DNA from: Podarcis bocagei | Taxonomy: Eukaryota | Length of the DNA: 64,000 nucleotides | Assembly (NCBI GenBank): GCA_964188305.1 | Contig: OZ076896.1 | Reading direction: 5' to 3' (one strand) | Shown: positions 1 to 11,507 of the stretch, piece after piece | How positions within the stretch are numbered: the first letter of the stretch is position 1 | Layout: each line of letters begins with the position of its first letter | Program-made: the position numbers and the translations under genes | The notes under the pieces: generated by a model | Told to the model about the DNA's origin: nothing | The model's database searches: none | Seen by the model: the letters and a program-made list of their open reading frames with translations, nothing else

Positions 1-984
1 GCAAGTTTCCGTGACTGTAATACCAGTGACGTGGAAGAGACTGGGGGTCGGGGAGGTGGTAAAGAGCTGGAAATCTGTGTTGTAAGCAGTACTGAGGACC
101 ATAGCAAGCCTGTTACTGAGCTAGAAAGCAGACCTACTGAATAGGGAAGCCAAGGTCTAGTCTGGGAGATATTTAACTCTTTGAGGCGTTGCAGAAATGC
201 TAAGTGGGCTCAGAGTAGTCTTATAAGAAAGGGAGTTCCCCCCACATTTTTAATGAACATGGCCCTGATTATAATAGGGCAGCAGATTGTATTTTATCTT
301 TTAAACTAATTTTTACTATGTGTACATATAAAGATGTTGAATGAAGGAGGTATTGTTTCCTGTGCATGAGAAAAGGGGAAACTGGTCTTCAAAGGTGATT
401 TGATTTATTAAATCCGCGTTAATGTTTGCATTAGAAAAATAATAGTTATAAAGAAGAAAACCATACTTTGCTGTTAGATGATGCACACAGAAGACGTCAA
501 CTTAGAAGAAGCATTCTCCCATCTTTCTCACACAGAAAGGAACACCTCTTCAGGAATGACATACATATAGGCAGTTAAAAAAGTTAATTAAAATCTGCTG
601 CCCCCATTTTTTTTTCAGTCAGTCAAAAGTAACATCTCCAAAGAGCCATCAGGAGCTGACTTGTCAAACAGTAATGAGGTGGCCTTTCTTTTAAGCCAGC
701 TTTGTTATTTGCTCTTTGATGTTGCAGACACTTTTCCGTAATTGTCACACAGCTGCTGCTAGATGGAGCCAGCTTCACTGTGTGGCAGGGGGGGAAATGC
801 CGCAAACTGGAGAACAGAGCAGCCTCCGAAAAAACCAGAAATTAGTCATGTCTGATGAGTATGCATTTATGACAAGGCTTAGCGGATTGGCTAAAGAGGG
901 GTTTGGGGATGGGTCAAGAGAGCTTGCAGAATAGCAGGCAAGCCCTGGCCCAGAGGGGTAACTTCTTTTAATCCATTGCATCAA

Positions 985-1030
985 GAACAGCAAAATGTTG
1001 TGGTACCTTAAAGACTAACAGATTTATTGC
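985..1030 (-). mobile_element. Degenerate PLE pLTR remnant
   Basis: gtggtaccttaaagactaacagatttattg resembles the pLTR segment gtagcaccttaaagaccaacta at ~2845-2866. Confidence 0.35.
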
Positions 1031-1553
1031 CGCATCAGCATGTGTGTATGTTTCTTTCCCCCTTTCTCCTTTTACTATCTTGCGGCCATGTGCACATTGC
1101 AAGCGGATATCCAAGGTATTATTGCTTCTGGCATTCTTCCAAGCCATTTTCTCCTGGCGCCTTTCTTTTGACCCAGACTGTGAGGTGCAGAGCATCAGCC
1201 TTAGCCCATCTATTTCCCTGTTTGTTTCAGTCATAGATTGGCCTGCAGTTCTAGACTTCAATGAAACACTGCTGCTATTGAGATAGGTATCGAGACAGAG
1301 TGAGTCACGCAGACGATCTTTGTAAGCATTCAGCTGCTCTCAGGCTATACACAATTCCTTCTCCTACTGGTTCAATATCTTATTTAAGTCTTTGTAGTTT
1401 GAAAGGATTATAATGACGGACCTTCCTAGGTCTTGCCAACCTGCTTTAGTGGCAAAGCTATACATTTAACCACTTGGGGTAACCGGAATCAATTTGTGTA
1501 ATTATTTCCTGTTTTTCTCTTGTGTGTGTGTGTGTGTGTGGTTTTTTTTAAAG

Positions 1554-1752
1554 GTCTGGGTGGGATCAGTCACTGAAATAACTGTGAATGACCTCTGTGC
1601 AGAAGATAAAGATTCTTCTCCCGCAGAACTCTTGTACTCTATTTCTCCTCCAAGCAATGGTCACTTGGCACTCAAGTCTTCTCCAAACAAAAGTACACTT
1701 AATTTTACCCAAGCTCATATTGAGGAAGGACAGTTAGTGTTTGTCCATAATG
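1554..1752 (+). CDS. CSPG4B: CSPG4-family (CSPG4B-like) internal coding exon, CSPG/cadherin-like repeat (equivalent to human CSPG4 exon 6)
   Basis: AG acceptor at 1552-1553 and GTATGT donor at 1753. Encodes VWVGSVTEITVNDLCAEDKDSSPAELLYSISPPSNGHLAL...FTQAHIEEGQLVFVHN, a typical CSPG repeat. Phase 0 to 1, compatible with the next exon. Family call is firm; the paralogue (B) is inferred. Confidence 0.93.
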
Positions 1753-2878
1753 GTATGTCATGTTCATGTATCAGTTGTTGAGTGTTTTGATTTATTTTTT
1801 TGGATATATTTCTTACATTTTAGTTCATTTAAGGATGCCGGTATAACCCAACATAATATAGGACAGCCTTGGCAAATCTGGTGCCCTCCAGATTTTTCAA
1901 ACTACAGCTCCCATCAGCCCAAGCCAGCATTGATGTCAGATGGAAATGCATACTAACAACTCAGAAACCAGGAAGCTAAATTTTAAGACAAGTAAAACCC
2001 CCATGGAAATTATTCTGTCCATATTCCATTGATATGAAAGTGGGATATGGGAGGAGCAATGGTATACTATATGACACTTCTCAATCACCTTACAAAGATT
2101 GCTCAAATTTTCTTTTTTCTTTTGCAAGCCTAACAATTCCAGAAGAATAAGGGTGCTGAATGAAAAGTGTATTCGTGACTTGCTACCGTCCGAGTTGTGC
2201 AAACCAGACCTCCACCACCCATCCCAGTTTGCATATAAGTGCTAAGCCAAACCATGGCATAGTGTGACCGTGTGAGGGTGAAAGGTTTTGGAGAGGACAT
2301 CCCTGCTACTTTGCTCTACTTTGTACTGGTGTGAAGCTGTGAGCTAAGCCACAGGTTGGCTTAGCTTGTTGTCTCAACTCAGGCTCATGATTTGTCTCCT
2401 CCAGACAAAGCAAGATCGATAGGCAAGGCTTGTTTTTGGTTTCCAGCTTGCAGTTGGACTGGAAGAGACCAACTACAAGCCTGGGTTTGGATGACAGACG
2501 AAGGCAAGCATGGCTTCTCTTTCTGCAGTCCATCAGGATGAGCAAAACTTGCCATGATCTCTTCAGAAGCCCACATTCTTGTCCATATGTGCTAAGCCAT
2601 GGTTTGGCTTAGCATTATGTGCAAACTGAGCCATTGTCTGTCCCTTTTCCATTGGATCTCTTTTGAATTCTGAAAACTTCTGATGCATTACGAACTAATC
2701 CCACCTTCTGTAGATAATGCCACAATAATTTGTCTTGTTTACTCCACCAAGTAGTAAGTAGAGTCCATCACCCACTCAGATCTTTCAGTAGTAGATAGGT
2801 AGCCGTGTTGGTCTGCCATAGTCAAAATAAAAAAATTCCTACCAGTAGCACCTTAAAGACCAACTAAGTTAGTTCTTG

Positions 2879-2916
2879 GTATGAGCTTTCGTGTGCATGC
2901 ACACTTCTTCAGATAC
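2879..2916 (-). ncRNA. Minimal hammerhead ribozyme motif (inverted pLTR copy)
   Basis: Exact reverse complement of 4031-4068. Confidence 0.85.
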
Positions 2917-3032
2917 ACTGAAACAGAAGTTGCCAGATCCTTCTATATAGTGAGAAGGTGGGGAGGGGTGTTACTCAGAAGGGTGGTGGGAATGGGAGGT
3001 AGGCAGATAGCTGAGAGAGCCTGTTGACGACT

Positions 3033-3851
3033 ACACTACGTTACAGCCGCATCTGTTCCAATTCCACAGACAGAGACTCTCACCTAAGAGATCTACAGCA
3101 AACCTTCTCAGAACTAAAATACCCAGCAGATGAAGTTAGACAACAGATCAACAGAGCCAGACTGATACCCAGAGAGAACTTGCTGCAAGACAGACCCAAA
3201 AAAGAAAATAACAGAACACCTCTAGTCATCACATACAGCTCCCAAGTTAAAACAGTACAACGCATCATCAGAGATCTACAACCTCTCCTGGACAATGACA
3301 GTTCTCTTTCTCAAGCTCTGGGAGGAAGACCTTTCATTGCCTACAGACAGCCACCCAATCTTAAACAACTCCTGACCCACAATAATACTACAACCAGACT
3401 TAACACAGACACTGGCACCAGAGCCTGCAATAAACCCAGATGCCAACTTTGCTGCCACATACACCCGGACAACACCATTACTGGCCCCAACAACATCACA
3501 CATACTATCTCGGGACTATTTAATTGCTCATCGTCTAACATTGTGTATGCCATCAAATGCCAACAGTGTCCTTCAGCTCTCTATATTGGACAAACAGGCC
3601 AAACCTTACGCCAAAGAATAAACGGACATAAATCTGACATCAAGAATCACAAAACAGAGAAACCAGTAGGAGAACACTTCAATCTCCCAGGACATTCTAT
3701 ACAAGATCTCAAAGTAGCTGTTTTACTACAAAGGAATTTCAGAAATAGACTGGAAAGAGAAGCTGCTGAATTACAACTCATTACCAAACTTAAAACCATG
3801 GAAAGACCTGGGCTGAACAAAGACATTGGATTCTTATCTCACTATACATGA
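3033..3851 (+). CDS. PLE ORF C-terminal fragment: RT thumb/linker, Cys-rich finger and GIY-YIG endonuclease
   Basis: LRYSRICS...YP...TPLVITY...AYRQPPNLK, then CNKPRCQLC finger, VYAIKCQQC...LYIGQT...RQRINGH...EHF...H...E...GLN. No stops. 5'-truncated at the inversion junction, so it is not a complete gene. Confidence 0.93.
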   Translation, partial: TLRYSRICSNSTDRDSHLRDLQQTFSELKYPADEVRQQINRARLIPRENLLQDRPKKENNRTPLVITYSSQVKTVQRIIRDLQPLLDNDSSLSQALGGRPFIAYRQPPNLKQLLTHNNTTTRLNTDTGTRACNKPRCQLCCHIHPDNTITGPNNITHTISGLFNCSSSNIVYAIKCQQCPSALYIGQTGQTLRQRINGHKSDIKNHKTEKPVGEHFNLPGHSIQDLKVAVLLQRNFRNRLEREAAELQLITKLKTMERPGLNKDIGFLSHYT

Positions 3852-3997
3852 CTAAACCATTTCTCACCTTCTCACCCCTTGCCTTTTCCTGTAAGACCTA
3901 TTACAGTCGTTAAGAGTCGTCAACAGGCTCTCTCAGCTATCTGCCTACCTCCCATTCCCACCACCCTTCTGAGTAACACCCCTCCCCACCTTCTCAC

Positions 3998-4030
3998 TAT
4001 ATAGAAGGATCTGGCAACTTCTGTTTCAGT
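3998..4030 (+). promoter_or_regulatory. Predicted pLTR core promoter (TATA + Inr)
   Basis: TATATAG at 3998-4004 and an Inr-like TCAGT whose A (4028) is 30 nt downstream of the first T. A mirror copy lies on the - strand at 2917-2949. Confidence 0.55.
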
Positions 4031-4068
4031 GTATCTGAAGAAGTGTGCATGCACACGAAAGCTCATAC
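4031..4068 (+). ncRNA. Minimal type I hammerhead ribozyme motif in the PLE pLTR
   Basis: GTAT-CTGAAGA-a-GTGTGCATGCACAC-GAAA-GCTC-ATAC. It has stem I GTAT/ATAC, a CUGANGA core, a palindromic stem II, GAAA and a palindromic AGCT stem III. Predicted cleavage is after C4064. Confidence 0.85.
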
Positions 4069-4742
4069 CAAGAACTAACTTAGTTGGTCTTTAAGGTGCT
4101 ACTGGTAGGAATTTTTTTATTCAGATCTTTCACTTCGATATGGACACCAGAACATAGGGACCCAGTCCACATGTCATGATAAACCATAGTTAATAAAACA
4201 CAAAAAATACATTTCCTGGACTGTATGTCTCCCTCCAATAATATGTGGAGGAAACAAACTGCGTTCCCTGGCTTATCATTATGACCAAACAAGGCATTTT
4301 GGTTTGGTTTGCTTGCAACAAATGACAACCAGCGAGTCAAGAACAAACCTTAGCTACTTATCATGGTTTGTAGATGGTAAAACAAACCACAATTCATGGT
4401 TCAGATAACGATTAGCTGGGGATCGTGGTTTGTTTCATCGGTATGCTAGCAGGGAGGAACAAACATACCAGAAAGGAGCAATTGTGGCAAACCATCAATT
4501 ATGGCTTACCATGATATGTGAACGAATCTGCTGACTGAAAATACTGAAGTTCAGATTTTTAAAAAAGAATAAAAATGATTCCATTGTATTCAAGGTCCAC
4601 TTGTAGGTACAAAGATTGTCTGTACATAGAAGCCCATCATAGTCATTCCAGATTTATATATTTTTTCTTAGTTACTTAGTTTTACTTTCAGAAGTTTCTG
4701 GATAATTTTTGTTGTTATAAGAGTCTATCCATCTTCCCTCAG

Positions 4743-4874
4743 GGGCCATGTCTGGAGGCTTCAATTTCCAAGTGACAGACGGTCTGAACTTTGCACCTCG
4801 ACAAATTTTTAGCATCACAGCTCGAACTCTGGTTATTCGCTTAGAAAATAACAATGGACTGGCTGTCTTTCCAG
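4743..4874 (+). CDS. CSPG4B: CSPG4B-like internal coding exon (missing from the ORF track)
   Basis: cttccctcAG acceptor and GTGAGA donor, 132 bp, phase 1 to 1. Encodes (G)AMSGGFNFQVTDGLNFAPRQIFSITARTLVIRLENNNGLAVFP, which matches the CSPG4 GGFRFRLSDG...TVCPG segment. Confidence 0.92.
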
Positions 4875-5649
4875 GTGAGACTTTATATTTTCATTTTTAA
4901 ATATCCAGGAAATAAGAATAAACTCGGGGGTTATGGAATGTCTAACCCAATATTCAGTGTTTAGCTCTTACTTTATGAGAAAGGAAAAAAGGTTTTGGGT
5001 GTTGCAAACATGGAGCTCCCACACCATGTTAGAAAGCAGGAAGCTGCTTTGAATCAAAGCAGCCCATTGGTCCAACCTGTTCAGTATTGCTTGCTCTGAT
5101 TGGCAGTAGCTCACAAGAATTTCAGAAAGGAGTGTTTACCATCTGCACCTGGAAATGTCAGGGATTGGACCTGGGGCCCTTTATATACAAAGCATGTGTT
5201 TCACTGCGCTGTGGCCCGCCCCTAAGCTGGGGGTTGAGGGCCTGTGGTCCTCCAGATGTTGATGGACTACAACTCCCATAATCCCTCACCATTGACCATG
5301 TTGGCTAGAGCTGCTGGGAGCTGGAACCGAAGAACCTTTGGAGTATCGCAGGTTTCCCAACCTAGTGTCCTCCAGAAATTGGACTCCTGACTCTCATCAG
5401 CCCCAGCCATCTGGAGGCACCAAGCTGGGGAAGGCTGACTTTAGGTCAACAATAATTAATATCTGGTAATAGTCATATGCACATTTGCTCAAGTCACGTA
5501 TGAACTCTCTCAAAGACTATATATTGTCAGACCCTATAGGTAGATGCTGCTAACATGAGACATTCTGTATGCAAAAGTAGTTGTCTGCTACCAAATTTGC
5601 ATTCTTTCCCATTATGAATCCTAAATCTTGGAAGCAGAGGAATATATGA

Positions 5650-5689
<40 letters not shown>

Positions 5690-6714
5690 CACACACACAC
5701 AAATTTACTTAATTTGCATAATTCAGTATGCTTGCAACATTTGGGTTTTACTTTGCTTCAGCATATTTTTATTTATATATATATTTATTTTATTTACAAC
5801 ATTTGCACAATTCACAATAACTTAATGTTCTCTGGGTGCTGAACAGTAAAAACTACAAACCATGAAAATAAAATGCAGAGCTGCTCATAATGAGCTAATT
5901 TAACAAAAGAAGCAAAGCATGAGACTTGGGTTTCAGTCTGAATAAATGTGATCGTATTAAGCTGCATGGGTAAGGCTTTCAAAATCTAAACCCCTGTCCC
6001 CACAGTTGCTTTTGGTCTTCTGAGATAGCTCTAGGCATTAGCTTTTATAGGGGTTTTTATGGTAAGCCAAAGATAATTATAAGCAAACTATTCCTGGTGC
6101 AGTTTTGAAGGAGCCGTTCCACTATTCCACTTTCCCCATGTGAGAAAAGTAATGGATTTCTCCATACATTCAGCTCTGCTAGGGCTGCAATAACTGCCAA
6201 GATTTTCTCTTGAGCACTTTTTGAGTTAGAAAAGTGCTCATATAAATTAAACACAGCTTTGGCTACTTTGATTCACCTCTCAGTTGTCCTGCATTTCTCA
6301 GACCAGGCTCTGCCAATGTGGCGCCTTCTAAATGTTTTGGACTACAAGTCCCATCACCTCCTGCCTGCCCGCTCTTGGTTGTTGTATTCCAAAAGTTGAC
6401 AAAAGCTGTCTTAGGCTTTCTTGTGTCTTCCTTTCCCCCTGTTTTTGCTCAATTGTTATTAAACAAATGAAAATCTCTCAAATATTGAAACAAAAAAATG
6501 TGCTGTATTTCTATCTTAATTCACTTTTAAAGTCTATTTTATATATTCATCTGGATCTCGATCCTGCAAGTCATATATGGAGCTGTGTCTGCTTGTGGGC
6601 ATTAGATTGGTATTCAGTCTTCAATCCATGTTGCTTCCACCCCCAGAACAGTCAAAGATAGGGCCTTTTTGGTGGTAGCTCCACATTTTTGAACGCTAAC
6701 CCAGATTAGAACAG

Positions 6715-6930
6715 TTCCATAAAATTGGGCCCACATTACTGGGCACACGCTTCCTCGTGAATATGAGCCATGGATCTTAGCCACAGGGAACCAGTAACAG
6801 TGACCTCCTGAAAACCTCAGTGATTGGGCAAGAATATCAGGGATCAGGCAGTCCTTGAGATGTCCTGGACCCAAGTTGTAAAGGGCCTTGTAGATTAATG
6901 CAAGAACCTTGAACCTGACTGGTAGCATAT
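6715..6930 (-). mobile_element. Old L2-clade LINE 3' fragment
   Basis: Translates to LPVRFKVLALIYKALYNLGPGHLKDCL, the L2 ORF2 C-terminal motif also seen at 10190-10270. Confidence 0.7.
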
Positions 6931-7155
6931 AGCATTTTGCAGCAGCTGGAGGCTCTAGAGCAGACCATACTACTTCAGACTGGGAGTCCAGTTGGCTTTT
7001 GTACGTGAAATTGGGAGGGACCACTGCCTTGTCCTTAGGCGGCAAAATGTCTTGAGCCAGCCAATTGCAATTGCACGTTAAGAAATTTATATGCTAAAAA
7101 GGAAGCATCAAATAGTGCTCAGTGCAATATTAATATACTGCTTATAATTATTCAG

Positions 7156-7325
7156 GTTCTAGGAAACCCATTACATCTTACCATCTAAAAGCTGTCACCA
7201 ATGAAGTAGCTGAGTCGAAAAACAGAACTATACTATTTACTGTTGCGAAATCCCCGAAACTTGGAAGACTCATCAGTGTCTCTGGTAATAGCACACAGGA
7301 TATTACAAGTTTTACGCAATCCATG
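7156..7325 (+). CDS. CSPG4B: CSPG4B-like internal coding exon (missing from the ORF track)
   Basis: ttcAG acceptor and GTAAGA donor, 170 bp, phase 1 to 0. Encodes (G)SRKPITSYHLKAVTNE...LFTVAKSPKLGRLISVSGNSTQDITSFTQSM, with the CSPG-repeat PxxGxL and FTQ motifs. Confidence 0.92.
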
Positions 7326-8969
7326 GTAAGAGTCCGTTTTACTATGGGTGTCGGCAATATGGCTTTGTTACAAATACTTCTCTGCTGTCCGTTATGTTTA
7401 CACACTTATTCGAGGGGAATTAGACAATATTTTCACAGAAAAATTCCTACCCCTTTCATTTGATCAATCAGAAGCTTGTTAGGGACAATATTATACAGCA
7501 GGGATTCCCGAAGCGTGAGCCATGGAATTCAGATGGTCTGTGTGGCTTGCCTGTACAAATACAATTAAATATCACACACTTGCTACAGCAGCCAGAAGAT
7601 TTACTAAGTGTTCCACCAAGACCCACAACAATTTATGAATGGTTTTGGGGTTGGGGGCATTTGGGAACCACTGTTATATGGTATGCTAAGTTTAATGTGA
7701 AGGGTCAACATTTACCAAACCTATGTAAGAAAAGGGAGTGAAAAATTAAGGCAATATAGGTATATCCTCAACGTTATAGAAACCAAGTTTGCATTTGTTC
7801 TGGGGAAACCTTATAAATTTGAGGGAGTGCAGTGTATAGTTGCTAAGAGGCTGAACTACAGGAAGTTTCTAGTTCAAATATTGCCTCTGCTGTAAACTGA
7901 TTAGCAGAACAGTTTCAAACAAATTTATTCAGAAGTAATAACCTTTTTCTTTTTTTTAAGAGGGCTTTACTAACTGCTAATTTAAAAGTATGATTACATC
8001 CCAAGTGACTTTGGGCAAGTTACTCTCTCCTGAGCTAAAATGTGCATATGAGAAAAGTTGCTCTAAAGACATAAAACAGACTTTGTTTCTTGGTAATATG
8101 ATGCAACAGGCACTATCTTAGAAGAAAGAGGTTTTCCCCACACTATCGTCTTACACAGGAGGGAATGCGTATTTTAAGTCAGCACTTGCCACCTGTAGTT
8201 TTCATAAGTGCTTGTGTTAGTTTTAAAACAAGTAAAATTCTGCTGATTGTCTGAAGGTTCCTTAGATCAGAGTTAATCAAAATATTTAAATGAATTAATC
8301 AGCTAACTGTTGTCGCCCTAAGAATACGGTTACAAGATTGCTGTAAAGGGGTGTGGATCCGAACCCCACATTGGGCAAAAGATTCTTGCATCAGAGGAGG
8401 TTGGACTAGTAGATGAACCTTGAGGTCCCTTCCAACTCTACAATCACAGTAATGGCCTGGCTGGGACGTACCTTTCTCATCTGATTGACCATAGTTTCCT
8501 GGTTCGGACATAATGAGAAACTATGGTTAGTTAGGTCAAATCCCATTTAGAATAAAGCAGGGAAGAGGCAATGCAAGGATAGTACACAGGGACAAGGCTT
8601 GAGCCTGTCTCAGTTTATTAAGCTGAGATATATACAGCCAAACCATGTCAACAAATGTGATTTGTTTAAAATATTCTAAAGCACAATATTACTGACTCTA
8701 AATTCTGATTATTGACTTCAGTTTTAATTAAGACAGTTTTGTTCTGCTTGTCGATCCTTCCTTTACTTTTCTGAAAGCTGCACATTTCCATAGTCATGTT
8801 GCAGGCAGCAGAAGTGATGGTGCTGCCAGGTTGTGAGGTGGTTTGGGGCGCCAGCATCACTTCCTTCCCCCCCAGCCCCCTCATGCTGCCCTAGTTGCTC
8901 CTTCCTCACTGCTTTCCAAATAGCGGGAAAAAACAGAACAAAGAAAACAGAACAAAGAAAAAGGGGCAC

Positions 8970-9722
8970 TGTCAGAGCTGCTCGAAGATCCTAGCTCACA
9001 GAGGATCACGCTAGCCAGCGATCATTAAGTAAAAGTCTTTATTGAGTTACAGTTTCCATTCTCAAGCTGCTGCGTGCAACTCTTCGTCTAGTAGCTAGAT
9101 CGGCGAAGCTCCGTCTGATTCTCCGCCCCTTGTGCACCAACTTAATATCCTAGCCCTGCTCCACCTTTTCCGCCTGATTGTTCTCCTCTGGGTCCCTCTG
9201 CCCCCCGGGGTTTCTTCTTTCCGGGATTCTTCTGACGCTGACCCGGACCCTCCTGCCTCCTTGCGCCGGGCTTTAGGACCTGGCTCCCTTTCCGGGCTGC
9301 TTACTGCGCCGCCTTCCTCTGCATTTGAACTTGGCGCGCGCGCCCAACCTTCCACTTTCCGCTTAACCGTTTCTTCGCTCCCCGATGGAGGTGTGGCCAC
9401 TCCTGACTCATGCCCTCCCTCCTGTGGTGAGCTGCCAGCGCTTGCCCCCTGGCTCCCTTCCTCCTCCCTGCTCCCTAGCGGTGACGCTGGTCCCGATTTC
9501 CAACTGCTCTCCTCTGAGTCCCCTCTGGCTCTATCTTCCTGGGGTGCCCCCCTAAACTCCCACCTTGCCCTGGCCACTGGTGCTCCTTTCTGTGAATCCT
9601 CTGATTCACTGGAAAGACTCGGAGATCTCGGGTCGTCGTCATCACTCATCTTTTCTTCTGCCTCCTCCCCTTCGCTCTCTGTTTCCTCCCTTGCCCTTGC
9701 CTCTGCTCCTAAACCCCTGACA
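8970..9722 (-). mobile_element. Solo LTR (Gypsy-like), 753 bp, containing a long acidic/Arg-rich ORF
   Basis: TGTCAG...CTGACA termini, 5-bp TSD GGCAC/GGCAT and a - strand AATAAA at 9038-9043. CpG-rich, so young. ORF 9095..9727 spans U3. Confidence 0.85.
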
Positions 9723-10017
9723 GGCATATTCTTCTACCGCTCCTTAACTGCCGTGTGGGGAGTGAACAGTGTTAGCGTTTCACTCCTCCGTTGCTGGATG
9801 TGTGATTGTTACATCACATGTCTGTGTTTACTTTCTAGGCTTGGAAAGTGTGAGAACGGAAGCTAGTCTTATCTCTTCCGCTCTATTGTACTGTCGTACT
9901 TTCTTTCTCTCTCTCTCTCTTGGAGAAGAAAGAGGAGAGATGCCATGATTGCTTTGTGCTGTATAAATTGCTTAATAAATACTTAGAATGCACACACCTA
10001 CTCCCCACTTCGTTTCT

Positions 10018-10589
10018 GGTGGTGCATGCTCTAGTTATCTCCTGCTTGGACTACTGCAATGCGCTCTACGTGGGGCTACCTTTGAAGGTGACCCGGAAAC
10101 TACAACTAATCCAGAATGCGGTAGCTAGACTGGTGACTGGGGGCGGCTGCTGAGACCACATAACACCGGTCTTGAAAGACCTACATTGGCTCCCAGTACG
10201 TTTCCGAGCACAATTCAAAGTGTTGGTGCTGACCTTTAAAGCCCTAAACGGCATCGGCCCAGTATACCTGAAGGAGTGTCTCCACCCCATTGTTCTGCCC
10301 GGATGCTGAGGTCCAGCGGCGTGGGCCTTCTGGCGGTTCCCTCATTGCGAGAAGCAAAGCTACAGGGAACCAGGCAGAGTGCCTTCTCGGTAGTGGCGCC
10401 CGCCCTGTGGAACGCCCTCCCATCAGATGTCAAAGCAATAAACAACTACCTGACATTCAGAAGACATCTTAAGGCAGCCCTGTTCAGGGAAGTTTTTAAT
10501 ATGTGATTTTACTGTATTTTTGGTTTCTGTGGAAGCCGCCCAGAGTGGCTGGGGAAACCCAGCCAGATGGGCGGGGTACAAATAATAAG

Positions 10590-10633
<44 letters not shown>

Positions 10634-10650
10634 ATTATTATTATTATTTT
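10018..10650 (+). mobile_element. L2-clade LINE 3' end with (GTT)n(ATT)n tail
   Basis: VVHALVISCLDYCNALYVGLPLKVTRKLQLIQNAVARL...HITPVLKDLHWLPV...FKALNG...AFSVVAPALWNALP, followed by a 3' UTR and microsatellite tail. Confidence 0.9.
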
Positions 10651-11507
10651 GCCAAATTTCCGCTGAGTGAGTGTGCGCATAGTCTTCTGATATGTGTTGC
10701 TGGAAGCGTGCTGGGACTGAAGATTTATGGACATCCTGAGCAGCGCTTCATAGGGAAGACGCCTGGAGAGGTTTGTCTCATTCTGGGGGCTGCGTGTGCC
10801 CCCCCTGGCGTGTTTTGACAAACAGATCACTTTTTCTAATATTGTTTTCAGTGCTTTAGGTAGAGATGGTTAGTGCACCAGCTTTGCAGAATTAAAGATG
10901 TCAGGCATGACTGTCTGCAGCATCACTCAGACTTCTTTATTGCCTGCTCTGTGAAATGTTTGGGGGGGGGAAGGCTGTTCAGGGACTGTCACTAGTCTGA
11001 CCCTAGTGGTGCCACTGAGAGGAAGGAAGCTCGCTTGTGTGCTAATGTGCCTGCCTGTTCTTCTTGCTGTTGCAGTTTATATTGTACCGCATGAAGACAC
11101 CCAATAAAACCACAATGTAAAAATTAAAAATGCACTCCCTTATGGGTTTTCACCTTCCCTAACAGTGTTCTCAGGTGAGGGTTTCTGGATTCGAAAGCAT
11201 TCTTCCTTTCGCTTGCGAAAGCACCAGGGTCTCCCTCTGAGCACTCATTGCCGTGAACCAGTGGATTTGTTAGCCGGCTTGAGGGTAAACCTTTTGTATT
11301 ACACATAGAATTAAGGTTTTGCGGTCATGGAGATCCCACAGCACTTCCACAGGATTATAGGTTTTAACTCTGAGGTTTGGCCCAATTCCACATGTGAAGT
11401 AATTCTTTTCTGTAGGCCAAAGAATTAGCTGGAAACTTGTTTCGGACCGGTTCTGCTGTCTTACCTGCATGTTCCAGTAATTTGTTTTTCCTCTCTCCTC
11501 TGGACAG

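Larger units (their letters stand above)
2788..4120 (+). mobile_element. Penelope-like retroelement (Neptune-type), 5'-truncated, with an inverted pLTR
   Basis: GIY-YIG ORF inside. 207-bp inverted repeats at 2826-3032 and 3915-4121. Target-site duplication TCAGATCTTTCA at 2776-2787 and 4121-4132. The left pLTR has a ~38-bp extension. Confidence 0.95.
8646..10820 (+). mobile_element. Putative solo LTR (~0.79 kb without inserts) hosting two nested insertions
   Basis: TGTCAA...TTGACA inverted termini and AATAAA at ~9974. The flanks aacca/aacag match only partly. Confidence 0.5.

Noticed and set aside
2230-2625. Palindromic aaaccatgg/ccatggttt elements (also ~4170-4520, 8480-8645, 16390-16530, 49390-49590) as ncRNA genes
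   Set aside because: They recur in degenerate form across the window and are most consistent with an ancient dispersed palindromic transposon family. Boundaries could not be fixed.
9132-9866. 244-aa + strand ORF
   Set aside because: Low-complexity Ser/Pro/Leu antisense shadow of the purine-rich LTR strand that runs across the element boundary.
10423-10830. Poly-Thr/poly-Cys ORFs (also poly-Tyr at 50418 and poly-Leu at 34770)
   Set aside because: Translations of trinucleotide microsatellite tails of L2 elements.
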